Positions 37,693 through 47,117 of a stretch of 64,000 nucleotides of DNA are shown here, in pieces. The stretch lies in the IMG/VR virus record IMGVR_UViG_3300020036_001974, positions 1 through 64,000 of that record. One strand, written 5' to 3'. The position numbers were made by a program, and so were the translations under genes. The notes beneath the pieces were generated by a model. That model made no database searches. It was not told where the DNA came from and worked only from the letters and a program-made list of their open reading frames with translations. Position 1 is the first letter of the stretch; every line of letters starts with the position of its first letter. Source of the stretch: a virus. Taxonomy: Duplodnaviria > Caudoviricetes.

Positions 37693-38803
37693 TGGTTTCT
37701 CTTTCGCCTAACATAATATACTCCTTCTCAAACTCTTTCATTAATGCTGTCTCGTTAGCAGACGCCTTCTTAGTGGCCTCCAACTCAGCAATACGGTTGA
37801 TACCTAACTGGTAGATAGCACCGACCAATACATCATGGTTCGTCTCTCTAAGCATTTGCAGGAACTTAATAAGGTTGGCCATTTCCTTCTTATTAAGGGT
37901 TGCAATCTTGCAATTAGAGAACTCCTTTGCAAGCTCTGCCTGATTGTCCCGCTTGATTGTTTTCAGGTTAGCCTTACCTGATAAAATATCAGGGAAAGTT
38001 ACTGATATATTCTCCTCAAGGAACCGGATTAAATCAAGGTTACGGGCACCTACAAAGTTGTGACCAAACTTGCGTAAGAAATCACCGTACTCTTGGTAGG
38101 TAGCAGTCTTTCCGAAGTTGGCCTCGATAGCCTTTGATAATCCCGTCCATGTTCTAGGGTTGGTAATAACGTCACCGCCCTGCTCCTTAAGATCTGGGTA
38201 GAAGGAAGTAGGCTTCGCTTTCAGATACTCAACAATGTCCGAGTGGATGTTCTCAGTAGCGTAAGCATCAATCCAGTGGTGAAGCTCATGTTCGTGGTTA
38301 ACAGAGATCAAACGACTCTTAAGAGCGTTATCAAACTCTTCAACATCTGTCCCATCCTCTGTACCTAAGTTACCGGTTGCTGCCATAAACACGTTCTCAC
38401 CAAATACAAAATTCGGGCCAATTCTTCTCTCAAGCAGAAGCCCTAACGCTGCGTTTCTTACAGCCGGAGAGGTTCTGTTAAGTTCCTCAAATACAATCAA
38501 GAAATTCTTTGTTTTATCCTTTGTCATATAAGCCCACTCAGGAATACCGTTCTTTGCAATAGGCAACCCGTTGTCGTAATGAATCACCGGCATTGTACCC
38601 AAGTCAACCTCATCCATCGTTGGTAAGCGAAGGTCAATAAAAATCATATTCATCTTGTCCGATATGGATTTTAAGATGGCCGACTTCCATGTACCCGGTT
38701 TCGCTTTGATAAAAAGAACCATGTACTGGCTCAACATCAGTTGAAAGTATCCCAACTCTTGGGAATTTAATACTTGTTTTGCTTTTTTAATTAATTGTTT
38801 CAT
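37658..38803 (-). CDS. MoxR-like AAA+ ATPase
   Basis: AKPGTWKS (atypical Walker A), IDLRL, VFEELNR, AATGN, ALKSRL, TNPRTW. Confidence 0.85.
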   Translation of the reverse strand: MKQLIKKAKQVLNSQELGYFQLMLSQYMVLFIKAKPGTWKSAILKSISDKMNMIFIDLRLPTMDEVDLGTMPVIHYDNGLPIAKNGIPEWAYMTKDKTKNFLIVFEELNRTSPAVRNAALGLLLERRIGPNFVFGENVFMAATGNLGTEDGTDVEEFDNALKSRLISVNHEHELHHWIDAYATENIHSDIVEYLKAKPTSFYPDLKEQGGDVITNPRTWTGLSKAIEANFGKTATYQEYGDFLRKFGHNFVGARNLDLIRFLEENISVTFPDILSGKANLKTIKRDNQAELAKEFSNCKIATLNKKEMANLIKFLQMLRETNHDVLVGAIYQLGINRIAELEATKKASANETALMKEFEKEYIMLGERETNEIQESNTETK

Positions 38804-38815
38804 AGTTTTTAAAGT

Positions 38816-39094
38816 TTATACTAATTCAGGGTTAAATTTCACAACGTCTGCCATACCTTTTGCGGTTGCTAAGAACCACTTGCTAACATCTTTCTTAGGA
38901 AGATGTACCTCTATTGAGGGGCTATTCAAAGCCCTTTCAATAGCTTTCTCACGACCAACCCTTCGGATAAACTGGTCGTTTTTTGAACAACGGCTAACTC
39001 CGAATTTAGCCTTAGAGCCGTCAATTACTGCGGCTACGGTAACCCTTGACTCCTTGAGTCCGGTTACTTTTGAGTGAAAAATAAACTGCATCAT
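38816..39094 (-). CDS. Hypothetical phage protein
   Basis: ORF track; 'GVSRCSKNDQF.RRVGR.KA' pattern. Confidence 0.6.
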   Translation of the reverse strand: MMQFIFHSKVTGLKESRVTVAAVIDGSKAKFGVSRCSKNDQFIRRVGREKAIERALNSPSIEVHLPKKDVSKWFLATAKGMADVVKFNPELV

Positions 39095-39258
39095 AATAAT
39101 TTTAAATATTCGTTAAACTTGTAAACTCTATCCCAATAGGCTTCAGAAAGCATAGTAGAATACCCAAATCCCATAACCCCTTTAATACCATCAAACCGAT
39201 CACCGTATACTTTTATAAGGCTTTTATGGTGTTTGTTTATATAATAACCGTCTTTCAT
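39091..39258 (-). CDS. Tagged microprotein (not in track)
   Basis: MKDGYYINK...DRVYKFNEYLKLL*, 55 aa. Confidence 0.75.
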   Translation of the reverse strand: MKDGYYINKHHKSLIKVYGDRFDGIKGVMGFGYSTMLSEAYWDRVYKFNEYLKLL

Positions 39259-39467
39259 AATCTTCTAAGGTAAGCATTAAATGATATAATTTTAAATAGC
39301 TTCCAATCATTTAAATGATATTCATGAATTTTTCCAATATTGTAAGGATGATTACTTGTACCCTTGTCCACTAATTCAACTTCAAGATATGGATTCTTAA
39401 CCTGAATAACCTTCCAAGTAATTCCATTACCCGGATACTTCAATACATCACCAACATTATACTTCAT
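39255..39467 (-). CDS. Tagged microprotein (MKYNVGD type)
   Basis: Ends SFNAYLRRL. Confidence 0.75.
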   Translation of the reverse strand: MKYNVGDVLKYPGNGITWKVIQVKNPYLEVELVDKGTSNHPYNIGKIHEYHLNDWKLFKIISFNAYLRRL

Positions 39468-39649
39468 AACTTTTCAAGATAATAATTAAAACCAATTCTT
39501 TTCCAATGTTCAGGGTAATAATGAACACTCCAATCTCCAGTATCTCCAACATTATACAAAGGTCGTTTACCATTACGTATTATAGTATAGAAGTTAGGTT
39601 TTGTCCTAAGCAACATCATCCCTTCTTTATGTAACCAAATCTCTCTCAT
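39464..39649 (-). CDS. Tagged microprotein
   Basis: Ends GFNYYLEKL. Confidence 0.75.
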   Translation of the reverse strand: MREIWLHKEGMMLLRTKPNFYTIIRNGKRPLYNVGDTGDWSVHYYPEHWKRIGFNYYLEKL

Positions 39650-39900
39650 AACATATTAAATTAAGCCATTTGTTCTAAGTAAGTTCGCTATCATCATTTT
39701 TATTCGTTATTTAAAGGGCACACTTCTCCCAAGAGTTTAAGAAGGCTCTCAAGAACCATGATTCATTATTCTTTTTTGAGTAGCAGCCTCTTTCTTAGTT
39801 AGCTTACGGGTCACCCCTGATACCTTAGAATGTCCTATACTCTGTGGTATTTTACCACAGTCAGTGGTTACTTTACGGATTGAATTACCTTCGTACTTCT

Positions 39901-40107
39901 TCATTGTAATAGTTTTATGTAATGATTAAAAGAAATCTCTTCAAAGAACTGGTTATAATCGAAGTTTGTAATATATTGTTTTGAGGGGGTTATTGAATAC
40001 CTCGTCATACCAATATCATCTATTATACCCATGTCAGTCTCCAAATATATTTTACCGACTGTCATATGAATGAACAATTCAGTCTTACACAACCAATACC
40101 TTTTCAT
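39901..40107 (-). CDS. Tagged microprotein
   Basis: Ends SFNHYIKLLQ. Confidence 0.75.
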   Translation of the reverse strand: MKRYWLCKTELFIHMTVGKIYLETDMGIIDDIGMTRYSITPSKQYITNFDYNQFFEEISFNHYIKLLQ

Positions 40108-40177
40108 TAGTTAAGGTTTATATAGTTAAAAGGATTCCTTAAGTCACCAAACGGACACAACACTTGTACGTTGTAGA

Positions 40178-40432
40178 CTAGGACGTTTTCTTTGTAGCTG
40201 AAGATTCTTGGGTATTGCATAACTTTAAATAGTTTTTAAACGGTGGAATATATATATCTCCTTTATCTAATTTAACAGGAAATTTATCATCTTTATATAA
40301 ATCACCAACCTGCCAACCTGTCTTATTATCAGAACCTTTTAAACACCTCCAACTAAGATCACCAATATAAATCCATTGGTAATTATTATGAGTTATATAG
40401 ATTCCCCCTATTGTTGGTGTTATTCTTTGCAT
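40178..40432 (-). CDS. Tagged microprotein
   Basis: PFKNYLKLC plus extension; overlaps a 37-aa MQY ORF (40107-40220). Confidence 0.7.
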   Translation of the reverse strand: MQRITPTIGGIYITHNNYQWIYIGDLSWRCLKGSDNKTGWQVGDLYKDDKFPVKLDKGDIYIPPFKNYLKLCNTQESSATKKTS

Positions 40433-40734
40433 AAATTAACGTATAAATCAAATGTTTTCTTAACAGGAGTCCACTTACCATCCCAATATTTGCCATTCAA
40501 ATACCAACTGCCTTGTTTTTGGGATATACTAACACCGGGTAAACCATTTAATCTATCTTTAGTAGTAACTGTTCTCCAACCGGCTGAGGATATATAAATG
40601 TTATTACCCTTGTGATAAGCAATAAGGTTACCGAATACTGTAAGGTTGTTTCCATCTGTTTCTGTATTAGAAACCTTACAATACCTACGTTCTAAGAACG
40701 CCTTAATTACTGGTTGTATAGACTTTCTACTCAT
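40420..40734 (-). CDS. Widespread-type phage hypothetical protein carrying the tag
   Basis: GW.TVTTKDRLNGL core; ends TFDLYVNLCKE. Confidence 0.7.
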   Translation of the reverse strand: MSRKSIQPVIKAFLERRYCKVSNTETDGNNLTVFGNLIAYHKGNNIYISSAGWRTVTTKDRLNGLPGVSISQKQGSWYLNGKYWDGKWTPVKKTFDLYVNLCKE

Positions 40735-40958
40735 TTTCTAAAATCATTATCTTTCTGACGTTCTGTTACAAACATTACAGGTCTATTTTCAAAGATATTA
40801 GGCCCGGGTACTCTGGATAAGAAGCAGTAGAACACCTTCTCAGATATAATCTCTTCAAAATCTTCTTCTTTATACCCGTTACTCTTAAACCAACAGTAGG
40901 CATCTGATACCCAAACGTCATTAGAAGAGGATAGGTAGACAAGGTAAGGTTTTTTCAT
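40731..40958 (-). CDS. Hypothetical protein (untagged)
   Basis: ORF track. Confidence 0.55.
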   Translation of the reverse strand: MKKPYLVYLSSSNDVWVSDAYCWFKSNGYKEEDFEEIISEKVFYCFLSRVPGPNIFENRPVMFVTERQKDNDFRK

Positions 40959-40964
40959 ATGCTT

Positions 40965-41153
40965 TTATTTAAAAGTGGGTATTAGCTTAATATAGTTATT
41001 AAACGAAAAGGGAGAAGCATTCGGTTTATCTTTATAATGATAACACGGAGTCCTTGACCAGTTATTCATATTTACACCATGTACCCATCTTGGAGTGGGG
41101 TCAGGATATAACCAAAATATAGGTTTTCCACAGTATTTACAAGTATAGTTCAT
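40965..41153 (-). CDS. Tagged Zn-ribbon microprotein
   Basis: CKYCG...C.H; ends SFNNYIKLIPTFK. Confidence 0.75.
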   Translation of the reverse strand: MNYTCKYCGKPIFWLYPDPTPRWVHGVNMNNWSRTPCYHYKDKPNASPFSFNNYIKLIPTFK

Positions 41154-41335
41154 TTTTCAATTAGTTCTAAATAAGATATAAAAGCATAAGGTTCGTAAGA
41201 AATGGGTAAGTCACCACTATAAGGAAAATTATAACCTTTGTCCAAATTAGTTACCTCTTTAGGATCTGAGATAATAGTTATAACCTTATTACTAAGATCT
41301 AATATAACACCTGATATTTTATGTTTATATAGCAT
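41150..41335 (-). CDS. Tagged microprotein (MLYKHK type)
   Basis: Ends AFISYLELIEK. Confidence 0.65.
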   Translation of the reverse strand: MLYKHKISGVILDLSNKVITIISDPKEVTNLDKGYNFPYSGDLPISYEPYAFISYLELIEK

Positions 41336-41538
41336 TACTCTCCTTTAATGGTTAGTTGTCCGACTTCTATACCAATATCACGACATCTATCTATTGCTTT
41401 AAACAGATCATCCTCAGACTCAATAAGCCCCTCAGAACCATCTGGGTAAAGAATATAAAGATCAAATAACCCCGATTTGTAAATACTATGAGCTTTATGA
41501 GTAACTATTAACCATATAAAGTTATCTATTATTTTCAT
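41335..41538 (-). CDS. Hypothetical protein
   Basis: ORF track. Confidence 0.55.
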   Translation of the reverse strand: MKIIDNFIWLIVTHKAHSIYKSGLFDLYILYPDGSEGLIESEDDLFKAIDRCRDIGIEVGQLTIKGE

Positions 41539-41731
41539 ATTATTTAACTATTTAATTTAATACAAGTACTTCAGATGCTGAAAAAACATTACCATTAACA
41601 GTTCTAAAACTACCATTCTCTAACTGATAAGCAAGAGTAGTGATATAAAGAGATCTAATAAGTATTTTTTTCATATTATTCATATTAGTATTATTTAAGT
41701 AAAACTTGTCGATTTGAGTGAAAATTCCGGT

Positions 41732-41950
41732 TTATCCTATTTCATCTATTGAATCTTCATCTATTTCAATACTATCAGTATCTCCATCATATTGATCTCC
41801 ATGAGTCCAATCTGCCTGTTCATCAATATCTTTTTTAGACATTTTTTTAAGTTTGTTTAATGCTGCTTTTTGATTAGAAGCCTCTATTTCAATAGTTCCT
41901 TCATAATAACCAGTTAGATTCTGTGTTACTCTTATTTCAAATGTTTTCAT
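41732..41950 (-). CDS. Small acidic hypothetical protein; first gene of the leftward arm
   Basis: MKTFEIRVT...IEIEA...A pattern. Confidence 0.6.
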   Translation of the reverse strand: MKTFEIRVTQNLTGYYEGTIEIEASNQKAALNKLKKMSKKDIDEQADWTHGDQYDGDTDSIEIDEDSIDEIG

Positions 41951-42079
41951 AATAGTTATTTTTAAATAGGATTAAACTGTTTTTCTTGAATTTTGGGGAT
42001 TTTCCCTTGAACCCGATGCAACGTTCGGAGTTTTGGCGGATATGTGCAAATTTTTGGGGAATTATTTTCCAAAAATCTC

Positions 42080-42095
42080 TGGCACGATTTTTGTG
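42080..42095 (+). promoter_or_regulatory. Sigma54-like site (variant)
   Basis: TGGCACG-ATTT-TTGTG upstream of the HNH gene. Confidence 0.45.
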
Positions 42096-42131
42096 GGCTT
42101 ATCACGCACACAAGTAAAAACCCACTAAACA

Positions 42132-42911
42132 ATGAATATTAACGAATTACTAAAACAAAAGACTGTATTAGAACTATCTTTAAAAGACTTAAGATATAAA
42201 ATAAACAATTATTATAGTCAAAGACCTTTAATAGAGCATGAAAGTATTAAAGGATACTATTTAATTCATCGAACAGGTGTTCATTATATAAGCAAAGATG
42301 CCGTTATAATAAATAAGAAAGGGGCTGTTATAAAACAAACTCACCAAAAGGATTACTGGGTTGTGCCTTTAAAGGGTACTGGTTTAAGGGTTCATAGGTT
42401 AATAGCAGAGATATTCATTCCTAACCCAGATAATAAACCATTTGTCAATCATATAAACGGTAATAGATCTGATAATAGGGTAGAAAACTTAGAATGGGTA
42501 ACTCAATCAGAAAACTTAATTCATGCATTTTATGTACTTGGTAGAAAAGGTAAGCCGTTAAAGAGGGCAGATGACGGGCGCACCCTTGAGGAAATAATGA
42601 ATGAAGAAGGATTAACCTATCATCAAGCAAGTTATAAATACTTTACTAAAAGACCTCGTTTTGGTGGTAAACATGGTGACATTATTAAAAATATAATGAA
42701 ACAAGAGGGTGTTGGTTACAATATTGCTTATAGAAAAGCCGTAAAAATGAATTTAATAGAACCTCCTAATAGCTCCTTTCTTAAGAAAACACAGGCCCAA
42801 CATAATGGAATTATTAAACAGATAATGGATGAAACAGGATTTACTTATAACAGGGCTTATAGAAAGGCTAAAAGAGAGGGGTTAATATCTCCCAAAACCA
42901 GAGTTAAATAG
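42132..42911 (+). mobile_element. HNH homing endonuclease with three C-terminal repeats
   Basis: VHRLIAEIFIPNPDNKPFVNHINGNRSDNRVENLEWVTQSEN. Confidence 0.9.
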
Positions 42912-43592
42912 GACAAGAGTTGAGGATTGCTTGCAAGCGGTCGTCCTTAACAAGGATCTGGAGCTGGAGAAACTAATGTATCAGATTCTTAAGGTACAAT
43001 AGGCTGTATAAGCTCTATATAAGCTATTAGAGCAACGCAGGAATCCAACCACTCCAGATAGGTCTAATAGTACAAACCTCTTATAAAGGCAATTATAAAG
43101 CTAATTTATACCCTATAAATGATCCCAAAAGAGTTCATCTTGTCCTAATACACTAAAGCGTGATAGCGATAAATACCTACATTATAGATACGTAATAGAA
43201 GAAAATGAATTACTATACTAACTTCTTTAGCAATCGCTTAACCACATACTAATATAGATAGTATTTAGTAATAACTAAAAGTTTAGTTATTAACCTATTT
43301 ATACTCCCTTTTTTAAGGTAATTAAGGGGTTTTTATCCCAATTTGGGACAATTATTCCCATTCTGGGACAAACACAGGGAGTAAAAAAGTAATATTTCAC
43401 CTAAAACCTTACATCATGCCAAAACCAAAAAGGCCCAAAATGAAGGAATTTACCGGCAAAACACAAATAATCTTACATGGAATGGGTGAAAATTAGGAAA
43501 TTCCAAAAATCGGTTATTACTTTGGGGCAACAAATCGGGAATAAGTCCCACCACCATATGGGGTTCCCGATAAAAACCAAATTTATAGTATT

Positions 43593-44258
43593 ATGAAAAA
43601 TGTAAGTTTAAAGAGTGAGCAGAAGGTATTATTAACCGTTGTAGGTCTAATAATAGCCTATTTTGTAGGTCAGAATTTATTGACATTGTTTCAATACCTT
43701 ATCAGTTTTAGGCAAGATGAGGTAATTGGGTTTTTAAGCCTTGCAAGCGTTTTACCTGTTTTAAAGGTCAAAGCGTTAAAGTATCCTATTTCCTTAATTG
43801 ACCATACAACTAAAAGTGGTCGCAATCGTAAAGGTGTTATTTTGGGTACTGAAAATGGCCGTTTGGATCGTGAATTATGGTATTTAGCTTTACATAGCGA
43901 TTTTAAGGCTACTTCATTATTCGACTCTCAAGGCTATTCAGTTGAGAACAAAAAGCCTGTTTACCTTGTAAAGCCTGAATATTGCAACGGTAAAACCGAT
44001 TCTCAAATTATCGAATCGGTGCAATCATTCCTTAATACGGGATTGACTAAAGATAATAGAGAATTGATAGCTGCAAAGATAGCTGCAAAGGACGCTGAAA
44101 AGGAAAGCCAGAAGGCTGCAAAGACAGCTAACAAGGTAACTAAAGGTAAGGGAAACAGTATTACTGAATTGGTTGCAAAATTGGATATAGCACTTGATAG
44201 AGGGCTTATCACCGCTGAAGAGCACAAGGTGAAGTTAACCGCTGCATTAGGTATCTAA
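43593..44258 (+). CDS. Membrane-anchored protein with a C-terminal SHOCT-like domain
   Basis: N-terminal hydrophobic segments; C-terminal ELVAKLDIALDRGLITAEEHKVK. Confidence 0.55.
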   Translation: MKNVSLKSEQKVLLTVVGLIIAYFVGQNLLTLFQYLISFRQDEVIGFLSLASVLPVLKVKALKYPISLIDHTTKSGRNRKGVILGTENGRLDRELWYLALHSDFKATSLFDSQGYSVENKKPVYLVKPEYCNGKTDSQIIESVQSFLNTGLTKDNRELIAAKIAAKDAEKESQKAAKTANKVTKGKGNSITELVAKLDIALDRGLITAEEHKVKLTAALGI

Positions 44259-44279
44259 TCAGGTAAGTAAGTAAAAGGA

Positions 44280-44307
44280 AAGGACGCCTAAACAGCGTCC
44301 TTTTTTT
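44280..44307 (+). terminator. Intrinsic terminator
   Basis: AAGGACGC/GCGTCCTT stem plus T7. Confidence 0.8.
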
Positions 44308-44352
44308 ATGTCTATACTTTTGGCACCCTATTTTTAATTAGTCTAAATAATT

Positions 44353-44379
44353 AACCCGCCTAATTTAGCGGGTTTTTTT
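44353..44379 (+). terminator. Second intrinsic terminator
   Basis: AACCCGC/GCGGGTT stem plus T-run. Confidence 0.75.
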
Positions 44380-44528
44380 ATTGCCTTATATAAGATAGTT
44401 GTTTATGCGATTATTCAAATTGACCCCCACCCTCTTTGAATGACCCCCCGGCAGTCAGACGAAATTGCATACAGGGCCGCATGTGTAGTTTAAAGGTTAA
44501 TAGATAGAGATATTATAAGAAAAAAGGG

Positions 44529-44717
44529 TTAATTAATAAGACTATAAAGTAAAACCCCCCATAAAAGACTTAAAAACGCAATTAAGAACCCTATTAAAAA
44601 CTGTCTACGACCATATTCCTTTAACATCATTAGTATGTATCCTTGGTATTCTATTGGTATCTTCTTACCATGTTTTAACCAGCATAGATTTAAGTATCTG
44701 TTCATTATGTCTCTCAT
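44529..44717 (-). CDS. Small membrane protein
   Basis: C-terminal TM helix. Confidence 0.5.
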   Translation of the reverse strand: MRDIMNRYLNLCWLKHGKKIPIEYQGYILMMLKEYGRRQFLIGFLIAFLSLLWGVLLYSLIN

Positions 44718-44794
44718 GTCCTTAGTGTTTATTGTACCCCTTCGGGTATAAAAGTAGTAGTATTGTATATGTTTATACCTTATAGGGTATAGTC

Positions 44795-45016
44795 TTACTG
44801 TTTATGGCAAGATGAACCACTCGGTTTTTCAAGGTAGGTAAGGTAGGCTCTAAAGAAAGCAGGAGTATGGAAAAACCCACCTAATGTATTATGTAGACCA
44901 AAACAAAAGAACCCGTTACTATGTACCTTTCCTTTCTTATAAGAATTGGATATTTCCTGACTCCACCAATCTTTACCGAGACTCTCTATCTCATATCCAC
45001 ATCTGCTGCATTTCAT
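44795..45016 (-). CDS. Tagged Zn-ribbon microprotein
   Basis: CSRCG...C...H; FFRAYLTYL. Confidence 0.6.
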   Translation of the reverse strand: MKCSRCGYEIESLGKDWWSQEISNSYKKGKVHSNGFFCFGLHNTLGGFFHTPAFFRAYLTYLEKPSGSSCHKQ

Positions 45017-45228
45017 TTCTTAAAGGTTATAAGGTAATCTTCTTTCTTAAGAGGGCAGTCTTCTGGAGTACTATACCCGGGTTCTTCAAACCCCATATAA
45101 GTACCTAAAACATTGCCGGTAAGGTTACATTTATCGCAAGAATCCTCACCTATTGCCCAATCATCATATTCACTTACCATAAAAGGGCAGTTTCCACACC
45201 CAATAACTTCAGTTTTAACTGTTTTCAT
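45013..45228 (-). CDS. Small Cys-rich protein
   Basis: CGNCPF...C..C...CPL. Confidence 0.6.
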   Translation of the reverse strand: MKTVKTEVIGCGNCPFMVSEYDDWAIGEDSCDKCNLTGNVLGTYMGFEEPGYSTPEDCPLKKEDYLITFKK

Positions 45229-45355
45229 ATAAAATAAGCGATTATTTGAGGCAATAGGAAAATAATAAATAAATAGGTTAGAATGTGGTACCAGATAAGG
45301 GTTTTAGTCACTCTACCTTCAATAAGGTACATAAGTCCTAGTATAGGTATGTATT

Positions 45356-45526
45356 TCATAGTAATTTTAAATAATTGGTAAAATTAATAGGTTTCAAGTC
45401 TTTTGTATAGCAGATATTTACATTCCCATCTGTAAACTTTATACGTGATACCAGACCTTCTTTACTCATTGCTTCAATATCACATACCCTACCCATACGG
45501 CTTAATACTCTATCGCCTATCTTCAT
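45356..45526 (-). CDS. Tagged microprotein (MKIGD type, not in track)
   Basis: MKIGDRVLS...KPINFTNYLKLL*, 56 aa. Confidence 0.75.
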   Translation of the reverse strand: MKIGDRVLSRMGRVCDIEAMSKEGLVSRIKFTDGNVNICYTKDLKPINFTNYLKLL

Positions 45527-45538
45527 AACTTCCTTAAA

Positions 45539-45961
45539 TCATGATAATATCCTGTCTAATCCAAAATAGATCCCTAAACACCATCCTAAGATGATAATCC
45601 TAATCCCGATAAGGGTTAGTTTGGAGAATTTCTTAAGTACCTTATCTGTTGAAGAACTCTCACCCAGATAGAACGGATCTCTTTTAAAGAAAGTTCCAAA
45701 GGTTATATCAAAGAACATTACAAATAGTCCAAAACAAGCTATCAGGCTCTGAAGTAAGTGAACCGGGAAGATGAATTCATTTGGGAAAATCATTACATTT
45801 ACAAGGCTCGCCAGAAGAAAAGCAGGAGCACGTAGTGTCCATATGTCCTTCTTGTGGTTGTCCCAGACCCCGTTCTTGGAGTCCTTTAGGTCCAAAACTG
45901 CTTCCAGTATCCAAGGGGTTGATAGTAGTAGGAGTTGTAGGGTTATCAGTAGTGTTTCCAT
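45539..45961 (-). CDS. Multi-pass membrane protein
   Basis: Several hydrophobic helices. Confidence 0.6.
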   Translation of the reverse strand: METLLITLQLLLLSTPWILEAVLDLKDSKNGVWDNHKKDIWTLRAPAFLLASLVNVMIFPNEFIFPVHLLQSLIACFGLFVMFFDITFGTFFKRDPFYLGESSSTDKVLKKFSKLTLIGIRIIILGWCLGIYFGLDRILS

Positions 45962-46027
45962 GTTTTAATTTATATAAGTCGCAAATATGAAGGGTTTTAA
46001 ATAACTCCTTGAACTTCTCATTAGCTG

Positions 46028-46844
46028 TCATTTCTTCTTGGATTCTTTATAACAGTTATAGATCTGACCTACTATCCACCCGGTAAGGTAAGCCTCCGGC
46101 TCATCGTTACTAAGGTCGTGCTTAATCCCTGAGTGACTGTATACCATATTTTTGATATGGATTGCTTCATGGGCGATAGTGTCTATCTCCAGACCCCGGG
46201 TGTCGAACACTACTGCAATAATACTACCGTTGGCAGCAATATTTTGCCCTATGAGGTGTGGCTGCCATAACCCCACAAAGCCGCGCTGCTCAAATCCTGC
46301 GCTCACGCCACACTCGCCAACCCTTCGCAAAATACAGCCGTTGCCGACACACATTACCGTTTTCAATAGTCACTACCAACACATCTCTATTGTTGCTGGG
46401 AACAAACTTTTTTACATCAGTCCAGTTTTCCATAAGGTATGTATTCAAATGATTTAACTTTTGGTTGTTTATCAAGTTGAGCAAGCCAAGTTCCAATTTT
46501 ACCTCGGCTGTCTTTTACGGGTTTCATCCATTTTTCTCCATCCCAATACATAACTTTGGTTCCCCCATTTAATTTATAATATCCTTCTTCCATCGCGCTA
46601 AAAATTATTTATTAAAACCTTTATTTTATCATTCTAATTAAGTTCGTGCGTCAACTCGGCCACTGTTCATAGCAATGTCCATTATAGAAGTGATCGTTTG
46701 CACACGCAGACATTCCATCATCCCATGTAATGTTTATACCCGGGTTGGAGACATTTGTTTGAGTAACCTCTTTATGAGGGTCTTTACTAATAATAACCCA
46801 CATATCGATGGATACGGAGAAATAGGAATCTTAGTTAAGCTCAT
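46028..46844 (-). pseudogene. HExxH zinc-peptidase-like gene, apparently split by an insert and a frameshift
   Basis: C-terminal part IAHEAIH...EPEAYLTGW; N-terminal-like pieces at 46844-46676 in two frames. Confidence 0.4.
46229..46676 (-). mobile_element. Foreign cassette-like insert (2 small ORFs and an attC-like element)
   Basis: Flanked by GTTGGCAGCAAT and GTTCATAGCAAT; ORFs 46417-46593 and 46290-46433; AAC...GTT element at 46261-46351. Confidence 0.4.
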
Positions 46845-46865
46845 GGCGTCTGGCTTTATCCATTT

Positions 46866-47117
46866 CTAAAAATCAACAAATTTGAAGTCTTTTTGAATAT
46901 CTTCCATTGAAGCGTACACTCTGTATCCCGAAGGGTCTTTACCTTCTTTAAAGATATTGGTAACTGTCTTATACAACATAATTCTCAGGTCCTTCTCTCC
47001 ATTTGGCATGTTACCGGTCATTGGGGTAATGTCAATAGAGTTGAGTTCACCGGGAACATACTCCTCACAAGGAGGTCCGGTGTAAGTGACTTTTTGGTTA
47101 AAATATGCTTTTCTCAT
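46866..47117 (-). CDS. Hypothetical protein
   Basis: ORF track. Confidence 0.55.
   Translation of the reverse strand: MRKAYFNQKVTYTGPPCEEYVPGELNSIDITPMTGNMPNGEKDLRIMLYKTVTNIFKEGKDPSGYRVYASMEDIQKDFKFVDF

Noticed and set aside
40107-40220. 37-aa ORF ending PFNYINLN as a full tag member
   Set aside because: The spacing is F-x-Y rather than F-x-x-Y, so it is not counted in the family
30240-41335. Microprotein arrays as a classical integron
   Set aside because: The genes overlap with no room for attC palindromes, and no tyrosine recombinase was recognised in the window
44321-44336. TGGCACC-like site
   Set aside because: No TTGC/TTGT at the -12 position
46290-46496. Track ORF start at 46496 and track ORF 46028-46366 as intact genes
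   Set aside because: Better explained as a shorter insert ORF from 46433 and as the C-terminal half of a split gene
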